A DNA stretch of 64,000 nucleotides from an uncultured delta proteobacterium (GTDB taxonomy: Bacteria; Desulfobacterota; Desulfuromonadia; Geobacterales; DSM-12255). Made by a program: the position numbers and the translations under genes. The stretch lies in NCBI GenBank assembly GCA_963787125.1, contig CAWBBV010000007.1:192001-256000 (forward strand). Reading direction: 5' to 3'. Under the pieces are notes generated by a model, which did no database searches, was not told where the DNA came from, and saw nothing but the letters and a program-made list of their open reading frames with translations. Below, one piece after another: positions 20,441-29,852 of this stretch (positions are counted from its first letter, which is position 1; every line of letters begins with the position of its first letter).

Positions 20441-21514
20441 TCAGCGCCCCTTCTTCATCTCCAGCCTGTCGCCCTTATAGATGGTATCAATACTTTTTAT
20501 TACAAGGGCAGTTGACGTATTTTCGGCTGTAGCAACTATAAGCAGTGCCCCGATAACATCAACAGGCAGGTCGTAATCTGATTTGGAAAAGTAATCTATC
20601 TCTACCTTCACCTTACGCACAACATAGAGAATGTTGCCGGGCTGCACACCCTGGCGGCTCCCAAGGTCGATATAGGCAATATCACCGGCAGCTACAGCCT
20701 GAATGCCGGTTCTGGTTTCCACTATATATCCCGAAAGATCAACTTCAGGAGCTTTAAGCACGATTTCCTTTTTCCCGCTCTTATATGGCAAAAGGACAGC
20801 TCCTGGCTCAATCTCCAGGAAAGTCTCGGTGATAAGTCCCTTGGAGCTTTTGTCAGCCATTTCGGTCAGCTGGATAACCCCTAAAGGGATTGCTTTGTAG
20901 CCCAGGATCTGATTTGTTACCGGATGGCTTATCTGTGAATGCCGCTTGTAGACATTGAAGCGATCACCGGCCTTAACCCCCTGCCTGCGGCCCATGTCAG
21001 TGTAGATAACATCATCAACGGCAAAGATCTGCCGGTTGTGCTGACCGGCTATAACAATGCCGACAGGTTTGAAGTCATCACCGGCTATAAAACCTTCACC
21101 GCCATTGAGCGTGAAGTAGCGTTCTTCTGTTGTCTGTTCCGGCGCTGCAGCAAATTGTGGAGATGCACCCACCGGAGCAGCCTTTGGTGCCCCGGAGCTT
21201 GCTGCCGCTTCTGCTTGAGGCTGAGCAGCCGTCTCTTTTCTCACGGTCTCAATCTCGATTCTGTCAGGGTAAACTTTCAGTTTCTGACCTGGAAAGATAA
21301 AATGGGGATTCAAAATCTTGTTGGGATTACGAGCCCAGAGGTCAGGCCAGTAGTGCGGATCTTTCATGAAGCGTTCTGAAAGCCCCCAAAGAGTATCCCC
21401 TTTTTTGACGATATAAACTGTCGGCTCACCATTCTGGCCGGCATATCCGGCTCCGCAGACAAAAAGTGTTGAAACTAGAGCAGCCGCAGCTGCCAGGCAT
21501 CTGAAGAATCTCAT
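20441..21514 (-). CDS. LysM peptidoglycan-binding domain protein
   Basis: YIVKKGDTLWGLS...NPHFIFPGQKL; start chosen at MRFFR after gagg. Confidence 0.85.
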   Translation of the reverse strand: MRFFRCLAAAAALVSTLFVCGAGYAGQNGEPTVYIVKKGDTLWGLSERFMKDPHYWPDLWARNPNKILNPHFIFPGQKLKVYPDRIEIETVRKETAAQPQAEAAASSGAPKAAPVGASPQFAAAPEQTTEERYFTLNGGEGFIAGDDFKPVGIVIAGQHNRQIFAVDDVIYTDMGRRQGVKAGDRFNVYKRHSQISHPVTNQILGYKAIPLGVIQLTEMADKSSKGLITETFLEIEPGAVLLPYKSGKKEIVLKAPEVDLSGYIVETRTGIQAVAAGDIAYIDLGSRQGVQPGNILYVVRKVKVEIDYFSKSDYDLPVDVIGALLIVATAENTSTALVIKSIDTIYKGDRLEMKKGR

Positions 21515-21533
21515 ATACAACCTCGCTAACTCT

Positions 21534-22253
21534 CTATTTCCCGTCAAGCTGTTGTTTAGCTCTAACTGCGGCATCACTTCCAGGATATTGCTCCATAACC
21601 TGCCGCAAGACGGCAGCCCCTTTTGCTCCGGAATCGAGACGATACCACGCCATGCCGATACGCAGCAGTGCCTCAGAACTTCTCTTTTGGGGAGGATTCA
21701 TCTCAAGAACCCTGGTGAAAGAGTCTATTGCCTCTTTATAGCGACCCTCACTGAAATGGCACTCGCCCAACCAGTAGCGGGCATTTGCCGCATATTCACT
21801 CTCCGGATATGCGGCAATAAAAGAGTTGAATGCCTCGGCAGCTTCCCTGTAGTTGTTAGCGCTAAAAAGGCCAAAAGCCTTCATGTAGGCGGCCTGGACA
21901 GACTCTTCACGCCCGGCGGCAATGCTCTCCTGATTTACAAGCTCGATAGTAGCTGACTGCCGGGTTGACGCTTCAAGCTGGGCGAGCCTGTTTGAGAGAA
22001 TCTTCACCCGCCCCTGCAGTGCGTCATATTGCAACTGCAGTTCCTTTTCAGCTATGACCCGCTTGAGCGACTGCTCCTTAAGTTCATGAATCTGAACGTT
22101 AGCGGCAGTAAGTTCAGCCTTGGCGCTATTGTGAGCCTGCATAACCTGCTCCAGCCGCCCCTCCAGACTGCTCTGCCGCTGGACAATCAGATCATTGCCG
22201 GCACATCCGGTTAAACCGGTAAAGAGAAACAGAAAGGGAGCGATTCGCCGCAC
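21534..22253 (-). CDS. cpoB: Tol-Pal associated YbgF/CpoB-like TPR lipoprotein
   Basis: Lipobox LTGC, coiled coil, YPESEYAANARYWLGE TPRs. Confidence 0.75.
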   Translation of the reverse strand: MRRIAPFLFLFTGLTGCAGNDLIVQRQSSLEGRLEQVMQAHNSAKAELTAANVQIHELKEQSLKRVIAEKELQLQYDALQGRVKILSNRLAQLEASTRQSATIELVNQESIAAGREESVQAAYMKAFGLFSANNYREAAEAFNSFIAAYPESEYAANARYWLGECHFSEGRYKEAIDSFTRVLEMNPPQKRSSEALLRIGMAWYRLDSGAKGAAVLRQVMEQYPGSDAAVRAKQQLDGK

Positions 22254-22333
22254 AGGGGTCTCCTTGAAGTAACTGCTGGACTTTTGCAAAATCATCTAAA
22301 TCAAGGACAATTAAAGCCTTTCACCCGCTTTTG

Positions 22334-23065
22334 TCAAGGAGAAAGCCGCAGGAAAGCAAGCGATTTGAGCGTTCTGCCGGTATTTGCAAAAATGAAGGCA
22401 TCAAGGAAACGGTTCACTGCAATGATTTCATCAGCATCGAAATGAACATGCCCGAATCTGCCGGTTTTCATCGCTTCAAGCAGGAGCGAGATACTTGTCC
22501 CCCCGAGTCTTTCCCCCCCTCGGCAGCAGCGTTGACAGTGTATCCCGTGACTACCACCATTTTGCCAGAAGCCGCCTGTAACTGCCAGCGTCACGCCACA
22601 GTCTGCGCAGCTTTCCAGTGGCGGTCGGTACCCCAGGATGTTGAGCAGATTGATTTCGAAGAAATGCCGGTCGGAAGGGACAACAGGGTGGAGGTCAAGC
22701 TGTTCAAGGTAGCTGCTTAAAAGTCTGAAGACTCTTTTGTTGGCAAGATTTTCCGGTGTTATAGCTGAAACCAGTTCAGCGGCATAGCCGGCATGAGCAA
22801 TCCGCGCAAAGTCCTGGCGAATGCCGGGATAGATCGTCACAGCCTCGGCATCCCTGATAGTGACAAGGCCTTCGGCAGGGATGAAGTTGACAGCAAGACG
22901 GGCAAAGAGTTCAAAAACGCCGCCGAAGCGTTTAACGCTGCTCCTGGCGCCGCGGGCGATACCGCTGATCCTGCCATGCTCTTTCGTATAAAGATGAATA
23001 ATCTTGTCGGTCTCGCGATAATCCATCATGCCGACAACGAGCGCTTCATCGGTAAGGCTTTTCAT
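22334..23065 (-). CDS. recO: DNA repair protein RecO
   Basis: YRETDKIIHLYTKEHGRI..IARGARSS.KRFG; CxxC...CxxC zinc site. Confidence 0.92.
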   Translation of the reverse strand: MKSLTDEALVVGMMDYRETDKIIHLYTKEHGRISGIARGARSSVKRFGGVFELFARLAVNFIPAEGLVTIRDAEAVTIYPGIRQDFARIAHAGYAAELVSAITPENLANKRVFRLLSSYLEQLDLHPVVPSDRHFFEINLLNILGYRPPLESCADCGVTLAVTGGFWQNGGSHGIHCQRCCRGGERLGGTSISLLLEAMKTGRFGHVHFDADEIIAVNRFLDAFIFANTGRTLKSLAFLRLSP

Positions 23066-23592
23066 GCTGTAATTGCCGTGTTCAGCGGAGCTTTTCTTCT
23101 GAGCTGGATAAAGTCGGCAGGTGGATCAAAAGAGATGCGCTCCCTTGCAATCTCCTCGAAATCTTCCGCATCGATACAAGGGAAAAAAGAGTCTCCCTCA
23201 AGTTCAAGATCGACAACTGTCAGGTAAATTTTTTCCGCAAAAGGCAGCGCCCGCGTATAAACCTCGCCGCCGCCACAGATAAAGACCTCGCCATCCGCCT
23301 CTGCCAGCCGCAGTGCAGCTGCAACAGAAGCGGTTACCAGCGTTCCTGCCGGAGCATAATCGGGCTGTCTGCTTACCACGATGGTCTTTCGGCCCGGCAG
23401 CGGCCTGCCGATACTCTCGAACGTTTTTCGCCCCATAATAACGGTATGCCCAAAAGTAAGCTCCCGAAACCTGCTCATATCCGCCGGGATACTCCAGGGG
23501 ATAGCACCATCTCTGCCGATGACCCGATTTCTGCTCATTGCCGCAATAATTGAAACAGTCACAATCCCGTTCCCGCCCTTGTTTTCAGCCAT
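23062..23592 (-). CDS. folA: Dihydrofolate reductase
   Basis: IAAMSRNRVIG, IPW, VIMGRKTFESIGRPLPGR, GGGEVY, GDSFFP; the ORF-track 5' extension runs through a repeat. Confidence 0.93.
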   Translation of the reverse strand: MAENKGGNGIVTVSIIAAMSRNRVIGRDGAIPWSIPADMSRFRELTFGHTVIMGRKTFESIGRPLPGRKTIVVSRQPDYAPAGTLVTASVAAALRLAEADGEVFICGGGEVYTRALPFAEKIYLTVVDLELEGDSFFPCIDAEDFEEIARERISFDPPADFIQLRRKAPLNTAITA

Positions 23593-23826
23593 TCCTGTCC
23601 AGCCCTTAAAAACCTTTACAATTCCCAGTTCCCGCCTTTCTTTACCTCTACCTGTACCTGATTTTCCTTCCCAGCCAGCGCAAAGGTTTGGTGATCCGCC
23701 AGGAGAGAGAGGAATCAACTACATTACTGATGACTCAATAGTCTTTCGTACCCGAATCAATAAAACTTTATCAAATAAATCCGACATGCTATACAGTAAT
23801 ATAAAAGTAACCTTGGAGTAATAAAT

Positions 23827-24114
23827 ATGCCACAGGTCACGCCTTTCGATAAAACCATTATCAATTTCATGTCCAGCCATGGAGTATCTCAAATTGCCGT
23901 CTTCGGTTCGTATGCACGCGGTGAAGCTCGTCCCGACAGCGATCTAGACCTATTAGTCCGTTTTTCGGAACAAAAAAGCCTCCTCGGAGTGATCCGCCTG
24001 GAGCGCGAGTTATCGGAACTGCTTGGAGTCAAAATTGACCTGTTAACCGAACAGGCTATCAGCCCATACCTTATTGACCGGATCAGGAAGGAACTCAAGG
24101 TAATTGCCTTATGA
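23827..24114 (+). CDS. MNT nucleotidyltransferase antitoxin (copy 1)
   Basis: FGSYARGEARPDSDLDLLV GS..DxD motif. Confidence 0.9.
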   Translation: MPQVTPFDKTIINFMSSHGVSQIAVFGSYARGEARPDSDLDLLVRFSEQKSLLGVIRLERELSELLGVKIDLLTEQAISPYLIDRIRKELKVIAL

Positions 24115-24440
24115 TCCGCGACGACAGGGTCTATCTGTCACACATCATTGATGCTCTTCAACAGATTAGCGAATATACTAAAAACCTCGATTACGATGGT
24201 TTTAACGCAGCCCGCATTATTCAGGATGCTGTTATACGGCAATTCGAGATCATTGGCGAAGCTACAAAAAATCTTTCCGAAGAGTTTCGAATGAAACAGC
24301 CGGATATTCCGTGGAAAGACCTGGCAGGGTTCCGTGACAAGCTGATTCATCAATATTTCGGCGTCGACATCTCCATTGTATGGCGCTCAGTAGTCGATGA
24401 TATGCCTGTTTTACTGAAAGAATTCGGGGAGATTAAATAA
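24111..24440 (+). CDS. HEPN/DUF86 RNase toxin (copy 1)
   Basis: DAVIRQFEIIGEATK, IPW, RDKLIHQY (RX4HXY); ATGA overlap. Confidence 0.9.
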   Translation: MIRDDRVYLSHIIDALQQISEYTKNLDYDGFNAARIIQDAVIRQFEIIGEATKNLSEEFRMKQPDIPWKDLAGFRDKLIHQYFGVDISIVWRSVVDDMPVLLKEFGEIK

Positions 24441-24689
24441 ACCCTGAGACTGCGTTCAGACACCCTCTCGACATGGCCCGATTCACCCTTCACCCTTCAC
24501 GTCTCACCAGATTCCCCCGCCAGCGCAAAGGTTTGGTGATCCGCCCGGAGAGGGAGGAATGTAGGGGCTTCATGTAAGGACAGATCTTATTAATAATAAA
24601 TTGTCCCCGAAACTCCCTAACAGAAAAACCCACTCTGGATTCTCCTGCAGCTGAGACTATCCGCCCATGGTTCCTGCATTTCCTCAGGA

Positions 24690-25004
24690 TCATGCAGCCT
24701 TGAGCAGTGGCACTTCGTCCAACTCTTTCAAATGATCCCTTTCCACTTTCCAAAGATCAACCGCCAACTGTGCATTCATCCAGAACTGGGCACTATTGCC
24801 AAAAAGCCGTGACAAGCGAAGCGCCATAAGCGGTGTTAATGCACGCCTCCCGTTCAGAAGTTCATTTACACTCTGTCGTGACACCTTGAGAGCAGCAGCC
24901 AGAGAGGAGACTGTGAGAGAATAGTCCGGCATAAACTCTTCGCGAAGAAGAGACCCTGGGTGGGTTGGTGCAATCATACGACTCTTTAAATTAGTTATGG
25001 ACAT
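24690..25004 (-). CDS. higA: HigA-family antitoxin (HTH)
   Basis: PTHPGSLLREEFM, MALRLSRLFGNSAQFWMNAQ. Confidence 0.88.
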   Translation of the reverse strand: MSITNLKSRMIAPTHPGSLLREEFMPDYSLTVSSLAAALKVSRQSVNELLNGRRALTPLMALRLSRLFGNSAQFWMNAQLAVDLWKVERDHLKELDEVPLLKAA

Positions 25005-25017
25005 GGTAACCCTCTTT

Positions 25018-25299
25018 TTAGTGGTAGTCGGTAATTTCAACGTCATAGGCATCGCCGTCTTTAAAGATGAAACATATACGCCACTGCGCATTGATTGAAA
25101 TGGAGTATTGACCAGACCTGTCATCTATTAAAGCATGGAGACGATTACTTGGAGGGACTTTTAAATCTTCAATTGTGACGGCATAAGTCAGAAATTCAAG
25201 CCGCCGTATTGCTCGCTGGACAAGGTTTGGTGGCAGGTTACGCGAGCGTCCGGTCAGATAAAGAAACTCGGTTTGCTTGTCTGCAAAGGTCCTGATCAT
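25018..25299 (-). CDS. higB: HigB/RelE-family toxin
   Basis: MIRTFADKQTE, DLKVPPSNRLHAL, YSISINAQWRICF, EITDYH. Confidence 0.9.
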   Translation of the reverse strand: MIRTFADKQTEFLYLTGRSRNLPPNLVQRAIRRLEFLTYAVTIEDLKVPPSNRLHALIDDRSGQYSISINAQWRICFIFKDGDAYDVEITDYH

Positions 25300-25305
25300 G
25301 GAGGA

Positions 25306-25334
25306 AGTGTAATATGTAACGTGACAAGTGTCAA
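25306..25334 (-). promoter_or_regulatory. Sigma70-type promoter of higBA
   Basis: TTGACA-N17-TACACT, 6 nt before the higB ATG. Confidence 0.7.
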
Positions 25335-25637
25335 TAGCTTGCCATCCTTCCCCGTACCTACCGTAAATTCCATATTCTTCGCGCCTTTCTTCTACCTTTC
25401 CTAGTCCCCCGCACCTCAAATCTCAAACTTGATCCCCGATCCCAATTCCCAGATCACGACTTGACTCAAAACAGTTCCCAGTTCCCGCCTTTGCTTCACA
25501 ACAGTTCCCTGATCCCAGATCCCGCCTTTCAGCCTTTGCGTATCTACAGTCTAAGGCCTTTTCACCTGTTTGCTTCCGCAGTCAATCTGCTGTAAAGTAT
25601 TGGCATTATCAAAATATTATCCCTTCAAGGTATAGAG

Positions 25638-25910
25638 GTGGACATGAAATCTGCAAACGCTACAACACTTGATCTCTCCAGCCTCCCGGAACAGGCACGA
25701 CAGGAAGTCACCGACTTCTACAATTTCCTGAAAACAAAATATCGCCAACGTACCGCACCGCTAAAAACATCTATTAAGAATAAATCATCAGCAACAACCT
25801 TGCTGACCGATTCAAAATTTATTGGTATGTGGAGCGACCGTCCGGAAATGAACGACCCTACAAAATGGGTAAGTGAATTAAGACAAAACTCTTGGAGTCG
25901 CCATGAGTAG
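25638..25910 (+). CDS. Putative antitoxin (DUF2281-like) of PIN toxin
   Basis: SLPEQARQEVTDFYNFLKTKY, FIGMWSDR...WVSELR; overlaps PIN gene. Confidence 0.7.
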   Translation: MDMKSANATTLDLSSLPEQARQEVTDFYNFLKTKYRQRTAPLKTSIKNKSSATTLLTDSKFIGMWSDRPEMNDPTKWVSELRQNSWSRHE

Positions 25911-26289
25911 CAACCAACTCCTGGGCACCGACATACTTGTTAATATTGCCCGAGGCAATCTTGCTGCCATAGCACACTTAAACAACCTCTTATCAGATGG
26001 TAGAGTTCATGTCAGCGCTGTGACTGAAATGGAACTTGTCGTCGGTTGTCGTAACAAATCAGAACTACGTGAACTCTCCCGGCTTCTCAAGCAGATGACT
26101 ATAATCCCGATCACCCCTGAAATCACAACAACTGCGATAAAACTGTTACATACATATCGCTTGAGCCACGGACTCCTTATTGCTGATGCGATTATTGCTG
26201 CCACTGCCATAGTCAGCAAACGCATCCTCTTAAGCGGAAATGCAAAACATTTCTCAATGATCGAGGCATTACAATTCAAGGCAAATTAA
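25903..26289 (+). CDS. VapC/PIN-domain toxin (first Asp appears replaced)
   Basis: LLGTDILV, SAVTEMEL, ADAIIAATA, NAKHF. Confidence 0.85.
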   Translation: MSSNQLLGTDILVNIARGNLAAIAHLNNLLSDGRVHVSAVTEMELVVGCRNKSELRELSRLLKQMTIIPITPEITTTAIKLLHTYRLSHGLLIADAIIAATAIVSKRILLSGNAKHFSMIEALQFKAN

Positions 26290-26408
26290 CTTACCTTCTC
26301 CGATTCCCGCCTCTACTTTCTCGCCTCTGCCTTTGCGTCTCTACAGTTCCCAATTCCCGCTTTTGCTTCACAACAGTTCCCTGACCCCGCCTTTCTTTAT
26401 CTTTACCT

Positions 26409-26603
26409 CTATCTGTACCTGATTTTTCTTCCCAGCCAGCGCAAAGGTTTGGTGATCCGCCAGGGTAGGGAGGAATGAAGGGCTTTAAGTCGAGCAGTTT
26501 TCGTCTTGAGCTCAACCAGCAGTTTATCCCGGCTCTCTGCCTCGGCCAGGTTTGCAGAGCTTATCTTAAGCAGGTACTGAAAGGTCTCTTCAGTTGAGGC
26601 CAT
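26409..26603 (-). pseudogene. Orphan C-terminal coiled-coil/SxxWRITKPLR fragment of a glycan-biosynthesis protein
   Basis: 64-aa ORF whose last ~19 aa nearly match the end of the 28605..29810 GT while its upstream part differs. Confidence 0.55.
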
Positions 26604-26626
26604 GAGGTTTGGTGAGCTGACCTGCC

Positions 26627-27136
26627 TTAAGGTTTGACCAGTTGCGCCAGATCCTTTAGCAGCAGAAAAAGGTGGTATGGATCTGTAGGACTGGGCTCAA
26701 AGCCCCATCTCAGATACCAATTCCGGGCTGCATCATCCTTCGCATGGATGAGCATTGCTCGAATCCCGGCAATATCAGCCGCCTGCAAGGTTCGGAGCAT
26801 GGCATCCTTCAACAGGGCACGACCCAGACCGCCCCCATGATGATTCCGATCAACCGCAAGACGAGCCAGAATCATTACCGGTACCGGATGCCTGGCCAAC
26901 CCCTTGACGACACGTCCTGCTGCCGTCGCCGGTTCGACGCTGCCCACAACCAGAGTGTAAAAACCCACTACATTGCCGCTCTGGCCGCAAACGTAGGTTT
27001 GCGAGCTGTTGGCTTTCTGACTGGTCAGGGCAAAACGCAGTAAAAACTGGTTCAGAGCCGGCTGACCGCAATCAAACGAATTGACATTGTCGGCTACTTC
27101 AAGTTTGCGGACAGTATCATAAGAGAATAGGCTCAC
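26627..27136 (-). CDS. GNAT acetyltransferase toxin (AtaT/TacT-like)
   Basis: FDCGQPALNQFL, PVPVMILARLAVD..HGGGLGRALL, HAKDDAARNWY. Confidence 0.9.
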   Translation of the reverse strand: MSLFSYDTVRKLEVADNVNSFDCGQPALNQFLLRFALTSQKANSSQTYVCGQSGNVVGFYTLVVGSVEPATAAGRVVKGLARHPVPVMILARLAVDRNHHGGGLGRALLKDAMLRTLQAADIAGIRAMLIHAKDDAARNWYLRWGFEPSPTDPYHLFLLLKDLAQLVKP

Positions 27137-27411
27137 CCCAGAACCCCAGGTTCAGTGAGCAAGCGTTTCAGGCGGGGATATGATTGTACCGGGCGGTCGA
27201 GAGCCTGCTGGAATGCCTGCCACTCGGCATCATTCAGCTCAAAGCGGCGGCGTTCGGCAAGAGTTTGGTTAGCAGCACTTATCCCGGCATCCAAAAGAAA
27301 TTCGCTGACGCTCTTGTGGCAAGATCGTGCCGCCTCCTGCAGCAACTGCTTGACAGACAGGTTGGCACGGACATCAATCCGCTCTGTTTTTGAAATGGTC
27401 AAAGTAGGCAT
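27133..27411 (-). CDS. DUF1778 RHH antitoxin
   Basis: KTERIDVR..KQLLQEAA..SVSEFLL, F.QALDRP; overlaps GNAT gene. Confidence 0.88.
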   Translation of the reverse strand: MPTLTISKTERIDVRANLSVKQLLQEAARSCHKSVSEFLLDAGISAANQTLAERRRFELNDAEWQAFQQALDRPVQSYPRLKRLLTEPGVLG

Positions 27412-27786
27412 TGGGTGCTCCTTTAATATCATATGTGTCAACTATATCGTACGGACAATGTACTGACAATAAAATTATTTTGACGGGAGCCTCTCCCCAT
27501 AAACTCCCCAGCTACTCAACCATTCAGCTCTTTCCTTTGCGTCTCTACAGTTCCCAGTTCCCGCCTCTGCCTTAAAACAGTTCCCTGACCCCGCCTTTCT
27601 TTACCTTTACCTCTACCTGATTTTCCTTCCCAGCCAGCGCAAAGGTTTGGTGATCCGCCAGGAGAGGGAGGAATCAACGACATTACTGATGACATAATAG
27701 TCTTTCGTACCCGAATCAATAAAACTTTATCAAATAAATCCGACATGCTATACAGTAATATAAAAGTAACCTTGGAGTAATTAAAT

Positions 27787-28074
27787 ATGCCACAGGTCAC
27801 GCCTTTCGATAAAACCATTATCAATTTCATGTCCAGCCATGGAGTATCTCAAATTGCCGTCTTCGGTTCGTATGCACGCGGTGAAGCTCGTCCCGACAGC
27901 GATCTAGACCTATTAGTCCGTTTTTCGGAACAAAAAAGCCTCCTCGGAGTGATCCGCCTCGAGCGCGAGTTATCGGAACTGCTTGGAGTCAAAATTGACC
28001 TGTTAACCGAACAGGCTATCAGCCCATACCTTATTGACCGGATCAGGAAGGAACTCAAGGTAATTGCCTTATGA
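27787..28074 (+). CDS. MNT antitoxin (copy 2, protein identical to copy 1)
   Basis: Same translation as 23827..24114. Confidence 0.9.
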   Translation: MPQVTPFDKTIINFMSSHGVSQIAVFGSYARGEARPDSDLDLLVRFSEQKSLLGVIRLERELSELLGVKIDLLTEQAISPYLIDRIRKELKVIAL

Positions 28075-28400
28075 TCCGCGACGACAGGGTCTATCTGTCA
28101 CACATCATTGATGCTCTTCGACAGATTAGCGAATATACTAAAAACCTCGATTACGATGGTTTTAACGCAGCCCGCATTATTCAGGATGCTGTTATACGGC
28201 AATTCGAGATCATTGGCGAAGCTACAAAAAATCTTTCCGAAGAGTTTCGAATGAAACAGCCGGATATTCCGTGGAAAGACTTGGCAGGGTTCCGTGACAA
28301 GCTGATTCATCAATATTTCGGCGTCGACATCTCCATTGTATGGCGCTCAGTAGTCGATGATGTGCCTGTTTTACTGAAAGAATTCGGGGAGATTAAATAA
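28071..28400 (+). CDS. HEPN/DUF86 toxin (copy 2)
   Basis: Differs from copy 1 by two residues (Q>R, M>V). Confidence 0.9.
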   Translation: MIRDDRVYLSHIIDALRQISEYTKNLDYDGFNAARIIQDAVIRQFEIIGEATKNLSEEFRMKQPDIPWKDLAGFRDKLIHQYFGVDISIVWRSVVDDVPVLLKEFGEIK

Positions 28401-28604
28401 ACCCTGAGACTGCGTTCAGACACCCTCTCGACAAGACCCGATTCACCCTTCTTCTACCTTTCCTAGTCCCCCGCACCTCAAATCTCAAACTTGATCCCCG
28501 ATCCCAATTCCCAGATCACGACTTGCCTTAAAACAGTTCCCAGTTCCCGCCTTTGCTTCACAACAGCTCCCTGACCCCGCCTTTCTTTACCTTTACCTCT
28601 ACCT

Positions 28605-29810
28605 CTACCTGATTTTCCTTCCCAGCCAGCGCAAAGGTTTGGTGATCCGCCAGGAGAGGGAGGATTCAAGGGCATCTACTCGTAGTTGTAAATATTGAAT
28701 CATTTCGTCTTTTTCCGATTTGGATAAAGAATTGACTGATTGAGCAGCTAACATGTCAGTACTTTTTGTTGTTACAATCAATCTTGATCTATCACGACAT
28801 ACTTTTGAGCCTTGCCAAAAAGTAAAAATTTGCCACTTTATATAATCATATCTACTGCGCAATTTGATTATTGCCAAAAGCTTACCGAATTGATAATGAG
28901 CCTCTGTTGCCTTTAATGAACCTTCAATTTCGCGATGCAAAAACAACAACTCCATGTATCTGTTTTGATATGAGTCTATTATTGAGCGTGCATCTGCGAT
29001 CCAAGCATTATTAAAATCAGGGGCATAATCAGGTTTCGAGTTAAAAAATTCTCTATAAGTGCCTAAAACGACTTCAGACGCACCGAAGCCCCCGTGCAAT
29101 TTTTTTAGATATCTCCATGTAAGTCTGAACGTGGGGAGGTAATGATAATAAGAAAGTCTTTCATCGTACCAGAGTCGCCAGCCAAAACATCTAAGCGCAA
29201 AACAAATTTCGGAATCTTCCCCTGAACTCAGGTTCGTGCCATGTCTACCAGAAAGGGTAAAGGTAAAACCATTATTGATGATTTCTTCCCACGCTGACTT
29301 TCTGATGCTCAGCCCAGCTCCCCACAGGTACCCTCTCGAGTCTGCTACATATCCGGTAGTTTCCGATTGAGGGCCAACAGCGTAGCACCCTTTGAATTGT
29401 TCAAACCATGGCGGGGCAACCGTCTCAAAGCTTGGCAATCCTAAACCACCACATGCTCCCACGTCAGGGTGTGCAGACATAATTTTATAAACGATATCAA
29501 TCCATTCAGGACAAATCCAGTTGTCATCGTCAATAAAGCAAATGTATTCGTATTGAGATTCAGCAATACCTCTAAGTCTGGCATTTTTAAGGCCTAACTC
29601 GTGTTCGGTTATGATCTTGGTGACTTGTTTGAGATGATAAGAGAAGAGATTATCTGCGATTTGAGAAGTTTCGTCAGTAGAGGCATTATCTACTAGTATT
29701 ACTTCAAACTGAATGTAATTAGGAATTATAAGATTATTGACATGATATATTGTTTGAGGCAATTTTTCTGCGCTATTATGACAGCAAATGATTAGGCTGA
29801 CGCCGTTCAT
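28605..29810 (-). CDS. Family 2 glycosyltransferase with C-terminal coiled coil and SSLSWRITKPLR tail
   Basis: SLIICCHN, VDNASTD, FIDDD, GEDSE. Confidence 0.9.
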   Translation of the reverse strand: MNGVSLIICCHNSAEKLPQTIYHVNNLIIPNYIQFEVILVDNASTDETSQIADNLFSYHLKQVTKIITEHELGLKNARLRGIAESQYEYICFIDDDNWICPEWIDIVYKIMSAHPDVGACGGLGLPSFETVAPPWFEQFKGCYAVGPQSETTGYVADSRGYLWGAGLSIRKSAWEEIINNGFTFTLSGRHGTNLSSGEDSEICFALRCFGWRLWYDERLSYYHYLPTFRLTWRYLKKLHGGFGASEVVLGTYREFFNSKPDYAPDFNNAWIADARSIIDSYQNRYMELLFLHREIEGSLKATEAHYQFGKLLAIIKLRSRYDYIKWQIFTFWQGSKVCRDRSRLIVTTKSTDMLAAQSVNSLSKSEKDEMIQYLQLRVDALESSLSWRITKPLRWLGRKIR

Positions 29811-29852
29811 GAAGTTACCGATATCCCAATAAAATAATCGTATTAATTTGGC

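Larger units (their letters stand above)
23674..28651 (-). repeat. Five dispersed copies of a glycosyltransferase 3'-end repeat (27-nt identical core at 23674, 24519, 26435, 27633, 28625)
   Basis: GCCAGCGCAAAGGTTTGGTGATCCGCC in all five copies; minus strand encodes (W)RITKPLRW. Confidence 0.9.

Noticed and set aside
23593..23718. N-terminal extension of DHFR, and similar PSPGGSPNLCAGWEGKSG ORFs at 26291, 27516 and 28478
   Set aside because: Alternative-frame readings of the repeated GT 3'-end sequence
23600..28680. Classical integron
   Set aside because: No tyrosine recombinase and no recognisable RYYYAAC...GTTRRRY attC boxes
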